NCBI RefSeq assembly: GCF_002105155.1
Contig: NW_019029023.1
Span: 62,001-126,000, forward strand
Source of the DNA: Lobosporangium transversale
Taxonomy: Eukaryota
DNA: 64,000 nt
Reading direction: 5' to 3'
The notes beneath the pieces are model-generated. The model saw only the letters and a program-made list of their open reading frames with translations. It had not been told where the DNA came from and did no database searches. Below, in pieces: positions 36,901-49,371 of the stretch. Each line of letters opens with the position of its first letter. Position 1 is the stretch's first letter. Position numbers and translations under genes: made by a program.

Positions 36901-37151
36901 CCTTCCAGGTACCGGATCTTGCTCTAAGACATATTGCAAACAAATGTAAACGGTTACAGGACTTGACATTGGATCAGACGGTGGGAATTACGATCGGGGG
37001 TTTACTGTTGGCAGTAGAGGACATGCGTCGTCTAGAGAACTTGGATCTGAGTCTTGATGTAGTGGATTTGAAGTTGGTCACGGTGGCGGCACGTCAGAAA
37101 CTACATCACTTGAAGTCCATATCTTTGACTAGTCTTCGACACGAAGAATAA
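33993..37151 (+). CDS. F-box / RNI-like (LRR-like) protein with long low-complexity insertions, about 1052 aa, single exon
   Basis: N-terminal F-box-like MPFTEIPIECLKIVLMYLD...LLTCRALFKKTVPTLYRSPF. C-terminal LxxLxL repeats (LEWDWTMKRLRRLKLEG, RCPALEELEL, LPHLKSLAL, CKRLQDLTL). The likely start is ATG 33993 rather than the TTG at 33903. Confidence 0.75.
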   Translation: MPFTEIPIECLKIVLMYLDLPDQHSVLLTCRALFKKTVPTLYRSPFRAIMTFDDWKSLGAPSSSPHLPHPFRNDSNTSTNRDNNISNTKLSGNMIINNTNANVNQRKTGGTVDDPGCGNGTCTIDNGNVQSTGRLNSTSSSSVSSSSTGSTAASSASVSATTSKTTISTAAAVAALSSATKAVLHVTSALQGRHLATSQAQQQQEKNTRQQKQQKPKRPSSLQRRSYSDYHKNISNDSTTHTSNGKNSSSKVASVSQVNLRARGNSSGSSHASFSYSSGYNNGHDSSSSNNNISNGKGDYHQHYYPNNHHTIHTFLNNNTKIANAAPAAFTQSYAAPISPELQQLRLCKMTRLLQLLIACTSVQARLPALRYPGYGQQWIRPPCKIDYLKYFSDYQGAGEMMIQCFHLLFADLIPAQSDDSDYDSSNGGGNNNRGGHDEEERKNQGGYGSSNSSSSSSSSKHTRNQEAYMVLFQILREFMSHNAEQIQTLSVSAVYTIEHATALVPQLASVTRLEITDLEKTSQDVRVDLVVDFIKSHRMLFGPILKDIVLVEKHALGSIVPGTLSASTFMAIPSLSSTSSSPALASTFASIATTISAPSSPSSPISPASSLGSVFTAYSAAVRIPTSVNSNLGQNNNTLAIIDAFKGLEKIDATGWANCILYLDHILPAPITTGSPPNRSILAAAAPGAPMVTTGAVTTASTSTATSLKRLWLSYYFPASESVDSKVARLGDILTRCRSLTEVRLPIRRGDVFAWATQEKKTALICAPILKSSTAKHLPPMKRIHIQGPSLELMDCLHDASFAFQDTLEDLEASSRLRIWQPTTLEWDWTMKRLRRLKLEGEICLYFCLESLVRCPALEELELVLTPKTGSRAVARQDVRGSTGYLQQHRQQQYQHQHQHQHQHRYLVWPGTNSHHGGDRAEGEVEGGGAGHFWAQQDPGKNLLLFIRSREMYRISSLPHLKSLALVGPFQVPDLALRHIANKCKRLQDLTLDQTVGITIGGLLLAVEDMRRLENLDLSLDVVDLKLVTVAARQKLHHLKSISLTSLRHEE

Positions 37152-37254
37152 ATCAATGAAAGCATACAGCAACACCAAACCGTAGAAACTATATATATCA
37201 TTGTCTTTATTTATTTATTTTATTTCATTTTTCTATAAAAAAATATTTTTGATG

Positions 37255-38841
37255 TCATGGCAGAGCGATAGGTTGCCCCTTCTCAGCCAACCAGAATATA
37301 GCCCATCGGAACTGCCCATTCGCCAGCTTACGGCTCACGATCAGGACACTTGGAAGTAGACAGACCATGAAGGGGATCGCCAACACAGCTAACACAAGAA
37401 TGAAGATGAACGATGCCAATGCAAACATCATCTTGAAGATAATGAAATAAAGCACAGTGTTGACAGTGTGCTTATTGGCCAGAGTTGCTCTGAAATGCTC
37501 TGCTCCTTTGTGCCACAGATTTCTTGATCGTCGTGGTCGGCTACGATTTGGACCTCCTGTTGCTGCTACCCCTATGACTGCTGGGTTACTCCACGTAGAA
37601 GTATTTGATGGTGTTACCGTTCGAGAAGAGGAAGATGAAGAAGGAGATGCTGTGGACGGTACAGAAACGAACACTTTGACCAGCTTGAATGGGTATTTCT
37701 CTCGAACATGCCAGGAAACCAAGGCTCTCGAGATGATGATATCAATGCGGGCTAGCGCTCTCCAAGAAGTTACGGCTGCAATCACGAAGAGATATCCGAT
37801 CGGCGGTACGATCACAGAGATACCTGCAACGATTAATGTCACAAGCGTCCAAACAAAACAGAAGAGAGTCCAGGGCAAGAGACCGATCAACAGGAAGAAG
37901 AACCCCACCCATGCTTTACCATCCCCTACAACACCCCAGTGCGACTCTGGCCCTTCGTCAGCGTCATGGTATACATTATCATTATATCTTGAACGAGGCG
38001 CTTGAGCGCCATGAGGTTGGTGATGGGGTTGGTCCTGATCTGTTCCCAATAACCTGTCTACGTCACGGGAATGCAGCTCGTCGTCTTCTCGACCTTGGGA
38101 TATCTCGTTTTGCAATTGAGATTGATGTCGGCCTTGTGGTGGTGAAATGGATCCATATCGTGGCCCATTATTGGATTGCTCTCCACTAGATGGTCCTCTA
38201 GCTCTACCAGAGCTACTACTGCTCCCACTAGCTACCCCAGTACTACCATTGGCATCACTACCTGATTGGTAATGGCTTGCAGGAGTTGAGTCTAGAGGAA
38301 TCCTGGTCTTGATATCTAAACCGCGTTGTCCAGGAGGCCCACGAAGATGATCATAATTGTCATGGAAATTCTGAGGTCGGCCATAGCCCTGAAGATTGGG
38401 GGATCTATCCTTGGTATTCACAATAGTTGCCTCGTATGAAGGAGGAAGGTCATCATCGTGCTGAATACTGTGACTAGTCGCAGTTTTTTTCCCTGCAGAA
38501 ACTGTCGTTGTTGTTCTCGAAGCTGTTGCCTCGGCAGAGCCATCTGAAGGACCAGGTTGTGAGGCCATTGGAGCAGTAGTAGCGATAGTATGAAGGGATG
38601 GAGCCGTAGGCTGTACAACTGGTGAGACTGGCGAAGCAGGGATAGCAATAAGGATGTTCTCAGAAGCAGCAGCAACAGGAGCAGCAGAATTAAGGTTGAT
38701 GCCAGAAGTAGTAGCAGTAGTAGTGGTAGTGTCACCTGCAGTTGAGTCTAAGTTACTAGCTCTCCAGACTGAGGAGTTGGATTGGACGTTTAGCCAAGGT
38801 TGACCGTTATCAAAAGGGTCATTAGGATCAAACGAAGACAT
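37255..38841 (-). CDS. Membrane protein: disordered N-terminus with PPSY motif + duplicated hydrophobic 'putative sensor'-like domain, 528 aa
   Basis: Open 528-aa frame containing LPPSYEA. Hydrophobic blocks KAWVGFFFLLIGLLPWTLFCFVWTLVTLIVAGISVIVPPIGYLFVIAAVTSWRALARIDIIISRAL and TVNTVLYFIIFKMMFALASFIFILVLAVLAIPFMVCLLP. Confidence 0.75.
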   Translation of the reverse strand: MSSFDPNDPFDNGQPWLNVQSNSSVWRASNLDSTAGDTTTTTATTSGINLNSAAPVAAASENILIAIPASPVSPVVQPTAPSLHTIATTAPMASQPGPSDGSAEATASRTTTTVSAGKKTATSHSIQHDDDLPPSYEATIVNTKDRSPNLQGYGRPQNFHDNYDHLRGPPGQRGLDIKTRIPLDSTPASHYQSGSDANGSTGVASGSSSSSGRARGPSSGEQSNNGPRYGSISPPQGRHQSQLQNEISQGREDDELHSRDVDRLLGTDQDQPHHQPHGAQAPRSRYNDNVYHDADEGPESHWGVVGDGKAWVGFFFLLIGLLPWTLFCFVWTLVTLIVAGISVIVPPIGYLFVIAAVTSWRALARIDIIISRALVSWHVREKYPFKLVKVFVSVPSTASPSSSSSSRTVTPSNTSTWSNPAVIGVAATGGPNRSRPRRSRNLWHKGAEHFRATLANKHTVNTVLYFIIFKMMFALASFIFILVLAVLAIPFMVCLLPSVLIVSRKLANGQFRWAIFWLAEKGQPIALP

Positions 38842-39081
38842 GGGTGAACGAATGTGTGCGTGAATGAAGTTTTTAAAATGATCTTGTGCACAGCTTCTTT
38901 AAAGTCTTGGCATTTTCAGCATACGCCGCCCTTAACTGTAACATGGTGAAGCCCAATTCATAGTAAAAGAGAGTAGTAAAGATAGCCTGGGAAGTGTCAC
39001 ATCATGGCTTTTCTTTTTCTTTTTCTTTTTCTTTTTCTTTTTTCTTTTTCTTTTATTATTCGCGATTGCATTATCAATGAA

Positions 39082-42000
39082 TCAATCCAGATGCATTTTT
39101 CCAGAAAGTAGAGGATCATCTTCACTCATCCTGCGGTCTTCCAACGATCGTTTGACCCATGCTTTAGCAGACCCAAGAGCCGCCTGTGACTTCTGTTGTA
39201 GATACGCTGACTTGGAGGTTATCGAAGACGACGCTGGTTGTGTAGTTGTTGGTGTTGGTGTATCTATATTTGCTGTTGTATTCTCAAATGGACGGCCCAA
39301 CGGATATAGATCAACCTCTCTCCTTGGGGAAGCACGGGCGCCTATACCTACATTAGAGGTGGAAGCACTGGATATTGACCTAGTTAGACCAGGCCGTGGA
39401 GAGCTCTCATGTCTCCTATACAAATTATATTGCCGAGACCCTAGATCGTTTTCCTGTTCCTGTAGCTCCTGTATAACAGCTGCTTCGTGCGAAGGAGCAG
39501 TGGACAATGGGAGAGGACCTCTCCCACTTGATACACTACCCTTGCGTCGATTCCCCAACAACGTGCCTACACTGTCTAACGAGAATTTTGGTGATGTTCC
39601 TTTGATCGAGTTATTGTCGCTACCTCCACCGCTATTGGATCCTTTGCTTCCTTGATCTTCGTCATTATTACGACTCGTAATCTTTTTCAACAGCGAATCC
39701 TTCTTTGACTTTAGATTCAATAGACTATCACCACTGCTCCTGCGACCATGATCTCTTCCTCGATCTTTACTATCCTTGCCACTCTCACCTGTATTCCGCT
39801 TGGACGAAACTTGTTCTGTATTCTCATTACTGCTATTGTTGTTACTATCAGCATTACTCTGAGGACTCTCATCGCCCTTGCTCTGGCCCTTCTTGCTCTT
39901 TTTGTCAGCAGTGAGCATATTGGCATGGTTTCCTTGAATCTGGGAGATAGAGCTGCTAGAAACTGTGCTACCCCCCGACCTACTACTGTTTTTTTCAAGG
40001 ATACCTGCAATTCCAACAAGAGATGACGAAACGTTCAAATCATTTTTAGGTGAATCCTCCTCTGCATCCTTCCCTTTATCCTCATCGGTATGGGGCGACG
40101 CTGTGCTCCATCTCATCATGTTTGTAGATTTGGGAAGTGTTTCCTGACCTGGTCGTGAAGAGCTGTCTGGCGAATCTCTTTTGCTGCTGGACTCTGCTAA
40201 ACTTTGTAGAGATTGATACAGTACATCATTTACTGCAGATGAAACAGTTCCATTATTCGTGTCACTATCCGCGTCATCGTTGCTCACTGTCGATTCCAGA
40301 TTGGCAAGAAGTCGCAACGAGCTTGTTGATGATTTCTTGGATGGCCCATTGGAGGGAGAGGATACTGATAGCCGTGATCCCTGTGCCTCTGCAACATCAT
40401 TTAGAGCAGATAACTTTGGGATGGCGGATTGCAGCTTGGATCCACTAGACGTTGTACTACTAGAAGACTGAGGTGTGGTTGATGGAGATGTTCGTATAGC
40501 AGTAGCAATTGATGTAGCAACTGTTGGTTTGGTGTTCAGTTTGGATGGATCTGCCACAGGATCCTGTGACTTTGACGAAAAATGTGCCTGTGAAAACCGC
40601 TTAAACTTTGATGCAAATGATGATGTGGAGATGGTACTGGCATTGCTACTGCTGGTATTGTGCTGCTGATGGATGTACATAGTGGGTAGCGGTGTGGAGG
40701 TGATGGGGACGGTTTCTAGATCCATATCTGATTCTGTGCCAGTCGAGCTCCAAGATGGTTTTCTCTCAGATATGAGCGACTGAGGACCTGGAGGAGCCTG
40801 TTCTGAGTCAAAGGAACTCTCACTGCCTCGTCGTTTGCTTCGTATCGGCGTACTCGAAGCGCTCTCCCCCGGCTTCTCTGCCTTCCTTATTTTTTCAGTT
40901 GTACTTGAATCCGCATCACTATCGTCCGCGACCTCTGTAGAAACTTCCTCATCCCCCTCAAAAATACCTCCGGTCCCGTGCGAGTCAAAGAATGGGTAAT
41001 CATCCATGTTAGGCAGTACGATCGCCTCCACCATCGCCTCACGGATTTTTGTCTCAATGGCGCTTAGTACCATGTTAAGCTTTATAGCCTTGTCAGCTAC
41101 AATTGGTTCTATCACAATCTCTAGCTCGGGCGGCTCCTGAAACCCGATCCAGAACCGGTTAGTTGGCGGCGCCTTGATCTTGAGCGTCATCATTCCCGAT
41201 ATAGCCTTGACAAGTACTGCCAGGACCACGGTCACTTTGACAGGCTTCAATGTCGCTAGTCCCAGTCCAACATCCACCTCAATCTCAACCCTTATGCCTC
41301 CACGGTACGCTAGATGGAATTCAGCACTTAGTTCGCCAGTCATAGAGAGTTCGTGAAGCTTTGTCCTTGTGATGTAAGGAATGCTATGACCAATATCGAA
41401 TGACCGCACCTTGATTTCTCCTAAAAATGACGGTCGTTTTAGTTTTCGAGTCTTGCGTGTAATCTTTTGGATAAATATCTCTCGGATTCTCTTCGTCTTG
41501 TATACACCCAAAAAGATCCGACCAAGGAACGAATTGAACCAGCGGGTATGTTCATGATGCTTATCAGAGTGAAGGATGCGGATATGGTTTTGAATAGCCT
41601 CAGGATCAAAGTGTGCCTTGTCTCGGATCTTTTGTTTTGTACCAGGCTTCCTCAACTTGGACGCATACAGGAGAGCAAGGAACCTAATCCAGATTTCATC
41701 CAATCCATTCATTTTGGGAGTGAGGAATGCCACGTTGCCACATTAATTTTCTTTTTTTAGACCTAAAAATCAACTGACTTGTAACTTTAGAACTTTAGAG
41801 TAAAAAAAAAATAACAAGAGAATACATACCAGTCCTCTTTGACAACTGGAGTATGGACAAAGATATAAAATTCATCTTGATCATTGTCCATAGCGATAGC
41901 AGAGGTTGGTGCATCAATTTTGCGCTTGATTTGGATAGGGTGCTCCTTGTTAAAACATTCATTATCTGGCAAGTTCTTTGGAAAGATCCGGACCTCATAC

Positions 42001-42746
42001 AGTGTCATGGGTACGACAGCTTTGCAGTCACGCTGCTGATCACTTTCGTAGAGGAACAAGGTGTCGTATCGCAGTACAGCATAATACGAATCTTTGGGTC
42101 GTGCATTCTTGGGTTGGAACAGCATATTGGTCATGTAATCCGAAATGGACTCCGCAGCAGGTCCCAATCGTGGTACCCGCGTCATCCTGACATAGCCTTC
42201 CCTATTTAAATTAGGGTCCGCTTGCATTGGTACGTCTGGTTCTCGACCAGCGATGGCTTTCAAACTAACAGTTGCAGGGGTATCACATTCCAAAGTTGTG
42301 CTATCGTCTTGTTCCTCATTTTCATCTGTGTTGCTACTGTCTTCTTCATCGCTATCATCATCTGTATCATGCTTGTCTCTGTCCTGTTGCTTGTGACTAT
42401 GGCGAGGTATATCCTGGTGACGACTGAGTTGAGATGGAGTTGTGGTAGTAGTATCGGAAGACGATGCAGAAGTTATGGAGGTGGAGGATGAAGATCGGGT
42501 TTTGTTGTTGGCTGACTTCCGTAAACGAAGACTAGTGCTTTTAGTTTTTTTTGCAATGGGTAGAATGGTATCAGTGTGGACATTGATTTGGCCGTTCAGA
42601 ATCTTGGGTGGAGGCAAATCTGTTGGGCGTGGCTGGGTCGGATCAAGTTTTGGTAGTCGAATCCATAAGATAGCAAGCGTGATGGTCACAGTGAGCGGGA
42701 TCAAGGTCACACCGCCCAAAAGATAGAAGAACAGGTATGGATGCAT
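39082..42746 (-). CDS. NVJ2: NVJ2/TEX2-like ER contact-site lipid-transfer protein (TM-PH-SMP + disordered tail); intron 41684-41829
   Basis: N-terminal anchor YLLGGVTLIPL. PH-like YAVLRYDTLFLYESD...FNKEHPIQI...KEDW|FLAL. SMP domain WFNSFLGRIFLG...RPSFLGEI...IKAPPTNRFWIGF..PPELEIVIEPIV...IVLPNMDD. Confidence 0.88.
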
Positions 42747-43399
42747 TCGGGAGGCTACTTTACAAGGAAAATCACTTCTACAGTAGTGAACGTAAGAACA
42801 ACGGACAAAAAAGACAAAGCGAAGAGAAGGCTAGAAATGGATCACTGAGTTTAGATATTGACGGAGAGGTAAAACAGGAGCTCAACACATTGAGAAGAGG
42901 TAAGGATGTTTCCTGTAATGAACGAAATGGAGGTAATGAATAATGAGTTTCACCCACCTAGCAAATAAGCACAGTGGATAACAAGAAGACTGAAAGGAGC
43001 AGTAAACGAGAACCCAAAAGGAGGGCTCCCGAAGAAAGATAAAGACAGCTGGTGAGTAAAGTCGAGGGGGATTTTTTTTTTATAAAAAAAAAGTGAAAGG
43101 AAGAAGAGAAAGAGCCACGCACATGCCATTATTACTGGCAAGATACAAAAGCAAATGGATCATCATGACGCGCACATGCCTCTCTTTACTGGAGGACAAG
43201 CAAAATTGCTTTATCACCATCAGTTAAAGTGCCACACAGTGCTCCTTGTAGCAAGTCTGGACTCCTGAGCCATTTCTAATATGTCACACCCATACAAAAA
43301 AAACCTTCAATAAATTGAAATTATTCATATATTGCTGTCATCATTGTGATCATCACAGATATTTTTACAATTCAAGACCATCATCGTCGCAGCATCGCC

Positions 43400-44900
43400 A
43401 GCAAAGCTACCTTTATCATGAAGTTTCAAGAGGAAAAGGCTTGAAATCCAAATGTCTCAGAGTTCATTTGCAAAACTATGAAGTATCAATCCTGGTGGGC
43501 CCTCAAAAATGCGAATTACCATCTTCAAAGCTATCAGACTCTCATCTCAAGCCTCTTAACGTTTGAAATGTATTCGAAAGACAAAAGTTGGTGGGTTAGA
43601 CGTCACCAGTCTAACGAGCAAGTCAAACTGGGTATGTACTGAATGTTGAATTGGTTTGTAAAAGCAATTAACGTAATGAACACTTAGTAACAGATGTTCG
43701 TCTGTAAGGGACAGCGGTTGCGATATGGACCATCACCAAGGATTATTAAGCCCCTCAACTTCCTCGCGGTTGGTTAAATAGGTTCAAGTTATGGACAGGA
43801 ATCAAGGGATATTGGGAAAGTGGCTCCGTTTTTTTGAACTCTCGAAGTATCGGCATCGGAATTCAGGGATTTCACATGATTTGATCCTGAAGATGTGTAT
43901 AACTAAAGCAAAACCGGTCTCTTCCTGAAGACAACGGTAAACAAGACCCTTACTATTGGGCCTGTTCCTGACCGCAAGACTGTTCTATTAGCTCGAGCTT
44001 CCATCCTTTTCTGTAGCAACTCTTCAAGTCCTGATAAATGAAGGCCTCTTATTCTTTGTAAGTGGATGAGCAGTGACATGTTCTTCTCTTTCTACAGCTT
44101 CTGTACTGACCTTATCTTTTTTTTTTTTTTAAGTCAAACACTACCTAGATTCGCTGGAGGCTGGCACATTGGATCTTTTTGATATTTTTTGGAGACTCCG
44201 GATTCATAACACAAGACTTGTTCTCGAGGCGGTCCCACGCGTTTGATGATAAAATGCGAGAGTAGGGACTAAATATTGCTCTGCTAGTTAACAGCGCGCC
44301 ATGCCATAAAGACTGTGAATGTATTGGCCTAGCCAACATTATCATCATGCATCTTCCATCAAACACCACATCGCTTACGCAGCCAATGGATGCTAGTTTC
44401 ATCGATGTTTCAAAGTTCACTACAATCGATTAATACTCAAGACTACACGCTACGTTGAACGAGACGAGGATATTCCCAATGGGTTACTCTAACCACTTCT
44501 CCCCAAAGCTTGGTGCATGGTTACATCTGACTGTAATCGCAATAGCTTCTTCAAGGTCTCTGTTCTTCCGGACGATTACAAGCGGAGGCTACTAAGTCTT
44601 GGTGTCGAAGCAAGAAAAGATCACATTGACCACCTCAAGAGAGAACTCATACCCAAGTAAGGATGTAACAGCGAGCTCATCTGCAAGCAAAATGATTTCG
44701 CAATTCTTATCCTGTCGAGCTTCGTGGCCGTGCCGTTGCGAGAACAATTCCTCAAGAAGCCTTTTCGTTGTCGATAACAAGTCCCGGATCATGAAAGTGG
44801 CGAGGAGGGTGTAGACACTATGAAGTTTAATCGAAAGGATGATAACCTTAATTATTTTCAAGGAGCTTTTTGAAAGCTTCCTAGACACCATTGAGGGTCC
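43400..44900 (-). pseudogene. Possible heavily decayed gene remnant (weak F-box/RNI-like resemblance)
   Basis: Mixed, coding-like composition largely without homopolymer tracts, broken by many stops. Fragments such as NPW*WSISQPLSLT and ISNVKRLEM loosely resemble the W-x-W/LxxL pattern in the 33993 gene. Weak evidence. Confidence 0.25.
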
Positions 44901-45054
44901 AGGCAATATTCATGATCCTGAGCTCACAACCAGCTGAAACAATGCATTGACTGAATATCTCAATAAATTCAATTTACAAAGGTTCATGTATTCTTGATTA
45001 GCTTTACATTGTGATAAATGTCTGTTTTAGTATGTGGCTTATGTTTATAGTTGC

Positions 45055-45091
<37 letters not shown>

Positions 45092-45265
45092 CATGGTGAA
45101 TGAACAGTTTTGTGCTCATTCTTGCATTCTAAGAGGTGCAACTGTTGTTGTTTCATTCTTTTACCCTTCATTCTTCCTAGTTGCTAATACTAGCCAGCAA
45201 GCTGAAAAACATATCCTTCTCCCTCGCTCAACTAGACACTTACACTCTCAGGCAGCCACCTAGCC

Positions 45266-48200
45266 ATGTTTGGCCTCCCTCAGAAGAAGGCACGCAAAGA
45301 GGCACCAAAGGCTACAGCTCCTCGTCTCTTTGTCCCATTCCGTGCCATTGGTTATGTCACCAATGAAGTCCCTTTCAATATTCAGGCCAGGGGCCAGGCC
45401 TACTTTTTGACCACCTGTGTCGGCACTACTTTTCATATCTATGACGTTGCGAAGATGAATTTGCTTTTTGTTGGTATGACATTGTATTCTTTCATTCTTT
45501 CATTCTTCTTTTTATTTTCCTTGTTTTGGTTTACCTGGATCAGGATGTCTGATTACGGGGGTTAATATTGCTAGAGTTTCATTGTAATCAAAAGATAATA
45601 CCGGCTGTTCCCTTTGATTATAGACTAACTTTACGCATATCATTCGCATAAAAGGCGCACACACCTCTACACCGATCACAGCATTAGCAACATTAGGTGA
45701 TCTCGTTTTTGCAGCATGTGGATCAGATGTCGTCACGTACAGGAGAGCTAAAGAAGTAGGGCGATTCTCATGTGGAACAGACCCAAGACTTTCGATAGCA
45801 TCGCTTGAGATCTTTGGTCAACACATTATCTCGATCTGCAGCGATAATACTGTCAAGTTGAATGATCATACCACAGGAGGTAAATGACAATGCTGTCGGA
45901 AAAACTAACTTGGAAGGAAGCAAAGGCTAGAGCTGTGGATATGATTACTCATTAAGAATTACACCCTCATTTGTGACCTTTGATAGAGTTATACACTACT
46001 ATCGATTTTGACCCCTCTTTCACCGTTACAACACTCATCCATCCCAGTACATATCTCAATAAAGTGCTCATTGGGAGCAACCAAGGAACAATGCAGCTCT
46101 GGAATATCCGCACAAGCACTATGATCTATGCATTCAAGGGATTCAACTCGCCTATCACCTGTTTCACTCAAACCCCTGTAGTAGATGTGATCGCAATTGG
46201 TCTCTTGGATGGCTCCATTGTCATCCACAACATCAGAACAGACATTACTATGATGACTCTGAGGCAGGAAGCAAAAGTCACTGCAATATCCTTCCGAACA
46301 GGTACAAAGCCCACGCTTTTGCTATTAATTGTCCTAGCAGTGTCTTAAAAAAAAAAAAAAAAAGCGCAGATCCTAACCGTAATTACACTTCTCTGACTGT
46401 ATATTACTGAACGGAATAGATGATCAGCATGTGATGGCTTCTGCAAACATGTATGGAGATATCGCACTTTGGGATCTGGATCGTCAAAAGGTGTTACATG
46501 TGATGAAAGGTGCACACGATGGAACCATCCCTTCAATCCAGTTTTTGAATGGACAACCAATCTTAATGACTTCTGGGGCAGACAATTCCGTTAAGCAATG
46601 GATCTTTGATAGTTTGGATGGCCTTCCCCGCTTGTTAAAGTCTAGAAGTGGGCATCATGCACCACCTACCAATATTAAATATTATGGCGAAGATGGACAT
46701 TTTATCTTATCTGCTGGTCGTGATCGTTCACTCAGAGCATTCTCCACTCTCCGCGACTCACAATCGGTTGAGTTATCGCAGGGATCTCTGAGCAAAAAGT
46801 CAAAGCTACTGAATCTTAAGATTGATGAACTGAAGCTCCCCCTAATCACAACTGTTGCAGCAACCTCAACCAAAGAAAAGGAATGGGACAACATCTTGAC
46901 AGCACATTGGAACGAGCCCGGAGTACGTACATGGAATTACCAGCGCAAGACTTTGGGTGCACATATCATGACTCCAAAAGATGGATCTTCTACTAAAACA
47001 GTAACAGTCAGCAAATGCGGAAATTTTGGCTTTGTTGGCTCAGCTTTGGGTGGAATTGATATGTTTAATATGCAATCAGGGATCTTCCGACGGTCTTTTG
47101 ATGAGGATGGTCATAAGAAAGCGATCACAGGGCTTCAGTCAGACCGTCTGAGCAAAACATTAATTTCAGGGTCTCTGGATGGGTTCCTCAAGCTCTGGGA
47201 CATTAAGACAGGCAAATGTGAACATACTATGGAGATGCCCTCACCCATTACACATTTGCTTTTGTACAGTGAGAATAATCACCTGGCCGTTATCTGCGAC
47301 GATTTATGCATACGCATTGTGGATGTTGAAAACCGCCGTGTTGTTCGTGAATTCTGGGGTCACTCAAATCGCATTACAGATATGGTAAGTTTTTTTTTTT
47401 ATCTCTTCAATATTGTTTTTCACCATGCAGGTGTCCTTTTATTTTATAATAACTAACCATTACTTTATAAAATGGCGCTTGTTAATTATAGACATTCAGC
47501 CCTGATGGTCACTGGCTTGTTTCCTCCTCTTTGGATACCACTATCCGCACATGGGATTTACCAACTGGACATATGGTTGATATTTTCAAATGCGAAAGCA
47601 TCGCCACCAGCCTTAGCTTCTCGCCCACTGGTGATTATTTGGCAACGGCACATGTTGACAATGTTGGTATCTTCCTGTGGGCCAATCGCATGCAATTTAC
47701 AACTGTATCATTGAGAAGTATCACTGAAGATGATGTGATTCGAGTGGCTCTGCCAACATCCTCTACCCTGGAAGATGAAAACGAAGAAGGTAAAGGCAGA
47801 CACATCAATAGTAGTATATATCTATTTCCTTGCACACACGCCTATTTCTTTTTACGAAAAACATTATTAACCATGATACCCTCATTAATTGTGAAATATT
47901 ACATAATAGCTGAGAATATCTTCACAACCAATGAAGAAGTACTCGCGTTGGAACCAGGCATTGAATCTGCCGAACAGTTGACAGAGCAGATGATCACGCT
48001 GTCGCTCCTCCCTAAATCCAAATGGCAAACATTATTGAATCTAGATGTGATCAAAGCCAGAAATAAGCCCAAGGAGGCACCCAAGGCACCTGAGAAGGCA
48101 CCCTTCTTCTTGAGCACACTTCCAGGAGTTGAACCCAAGTTTGTTGCAACTAAAAAGGATGAGGAGCGTACGGATGCTGCGGACACCAAAATGATCCGTA

Positions 48201-48775
48201 TGAATATGCTACAGCCAGAGACTGTCTTTATGACGCTTCTGAAACGAGGCCACAAATCAGGACAAGATTACTCGGACTTTTTTGATCATATCAAATCACT
48301 GAATCCTTCTGCTGTGGATTTTGAGCTCAGGTCCATGTCATTGGACAACGATTTGGCAGAACCGAGATATTTTTTGGAGGCAATCGAATATCTCTTGAAG
48401 ATGAAACGGGACTTTGAGTTGGCAGAAGTATATTTGAACGTTTTCTTGAAGATCCATGGCGATGTTTTGGTTGCAAATCCGGAAGCAGGACTGGATGATA
48501 AAGAGGAGGACGAAGATGAAGATGAAGATGATATGGATGATGAAGACGAGGATAGTGAGATGGAAAATGATTCAGATAGTGATGACGAGAATCGTATTCG
48601 GAAGCGTAGTAACAAGAAACTTAAGATCAAGGTCAATGCTACCAAGGCTGGTCCGATGAGTGTCAGCTTGCGGCTAAGGCGGGTGATAACAGAGCATCAA
48701 CGTGAATGGAAGCGGCTTGAAGAACTCTTTCAAAGTACACTTTGCCTGATCGAGTTTATGAGAACGAAGGCATAA
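45266..48775 (+). CDS. UTP21: U3 snoRNP/SSU processome WD40 protein Utp21 (WDR36), multi-exon
   Basis: RLFVPFRAIGYVTNEVPF, HPSTYLNKVLIG, DNSVKQWIFD..PRLLKSRSGH, VVREFWGHSNRITD, TLSLLPKSKWQTLLNLDVIKARNKPKEAPKAPEKAPFFL, DFELAEVYLNVFLKIHG. Confidence 0.96.
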
Positions 48776-49145
48776 AAACACACATCCGTCGGCAGAAATT
48801 TGTTGGGTTTTAGAGCAACCTCTGCAATTTAGGCATTTTCGAATGTTTTCTTTTTCTTTTTTCTCACTGTTCTCCTCAACTTCATTAATAAAGAACTCAA
48901 TAGCATTTTGCATCTTAAAGTTAGACTGCCTTTTGAGAAGCATCCTTTTTTCAGGAAAAAAAAAAAAAGGTGAAAGTGCTGATGCTTTTAGGATATGTTC
49001 GTGACAATGGAATGTGGAGTAATTTTTGGTTACGCACAGACGTTTGACTGTGATGGTCGAGATTACACAAAAATTTATCAGACGGCTACAGAATGGGCCA
49101 ACAGATAAACACTCCGTAGCGAAGGGAAAGATCAAGGAGCCGACG

Positions 49146-49178
<33 letters not shown>

Positions 49179-49371
49179 GGGAGATAGTTCAACCCGAATA
49201 CGAAGCTCCAGGGGTTATAACAAATTGACATAATGCCTTCATAAAAGCTCGTTTGAAATAAATAACGAAGAGAAAGACTGTCAAGAGTTCTTCTCTCTAT
49301 CCTGCTTTACTTCTTTTTTTTTTTTTTTTTTTCCTCACTCTAGTCTCTTCATACATTTTACAAATTTCATT

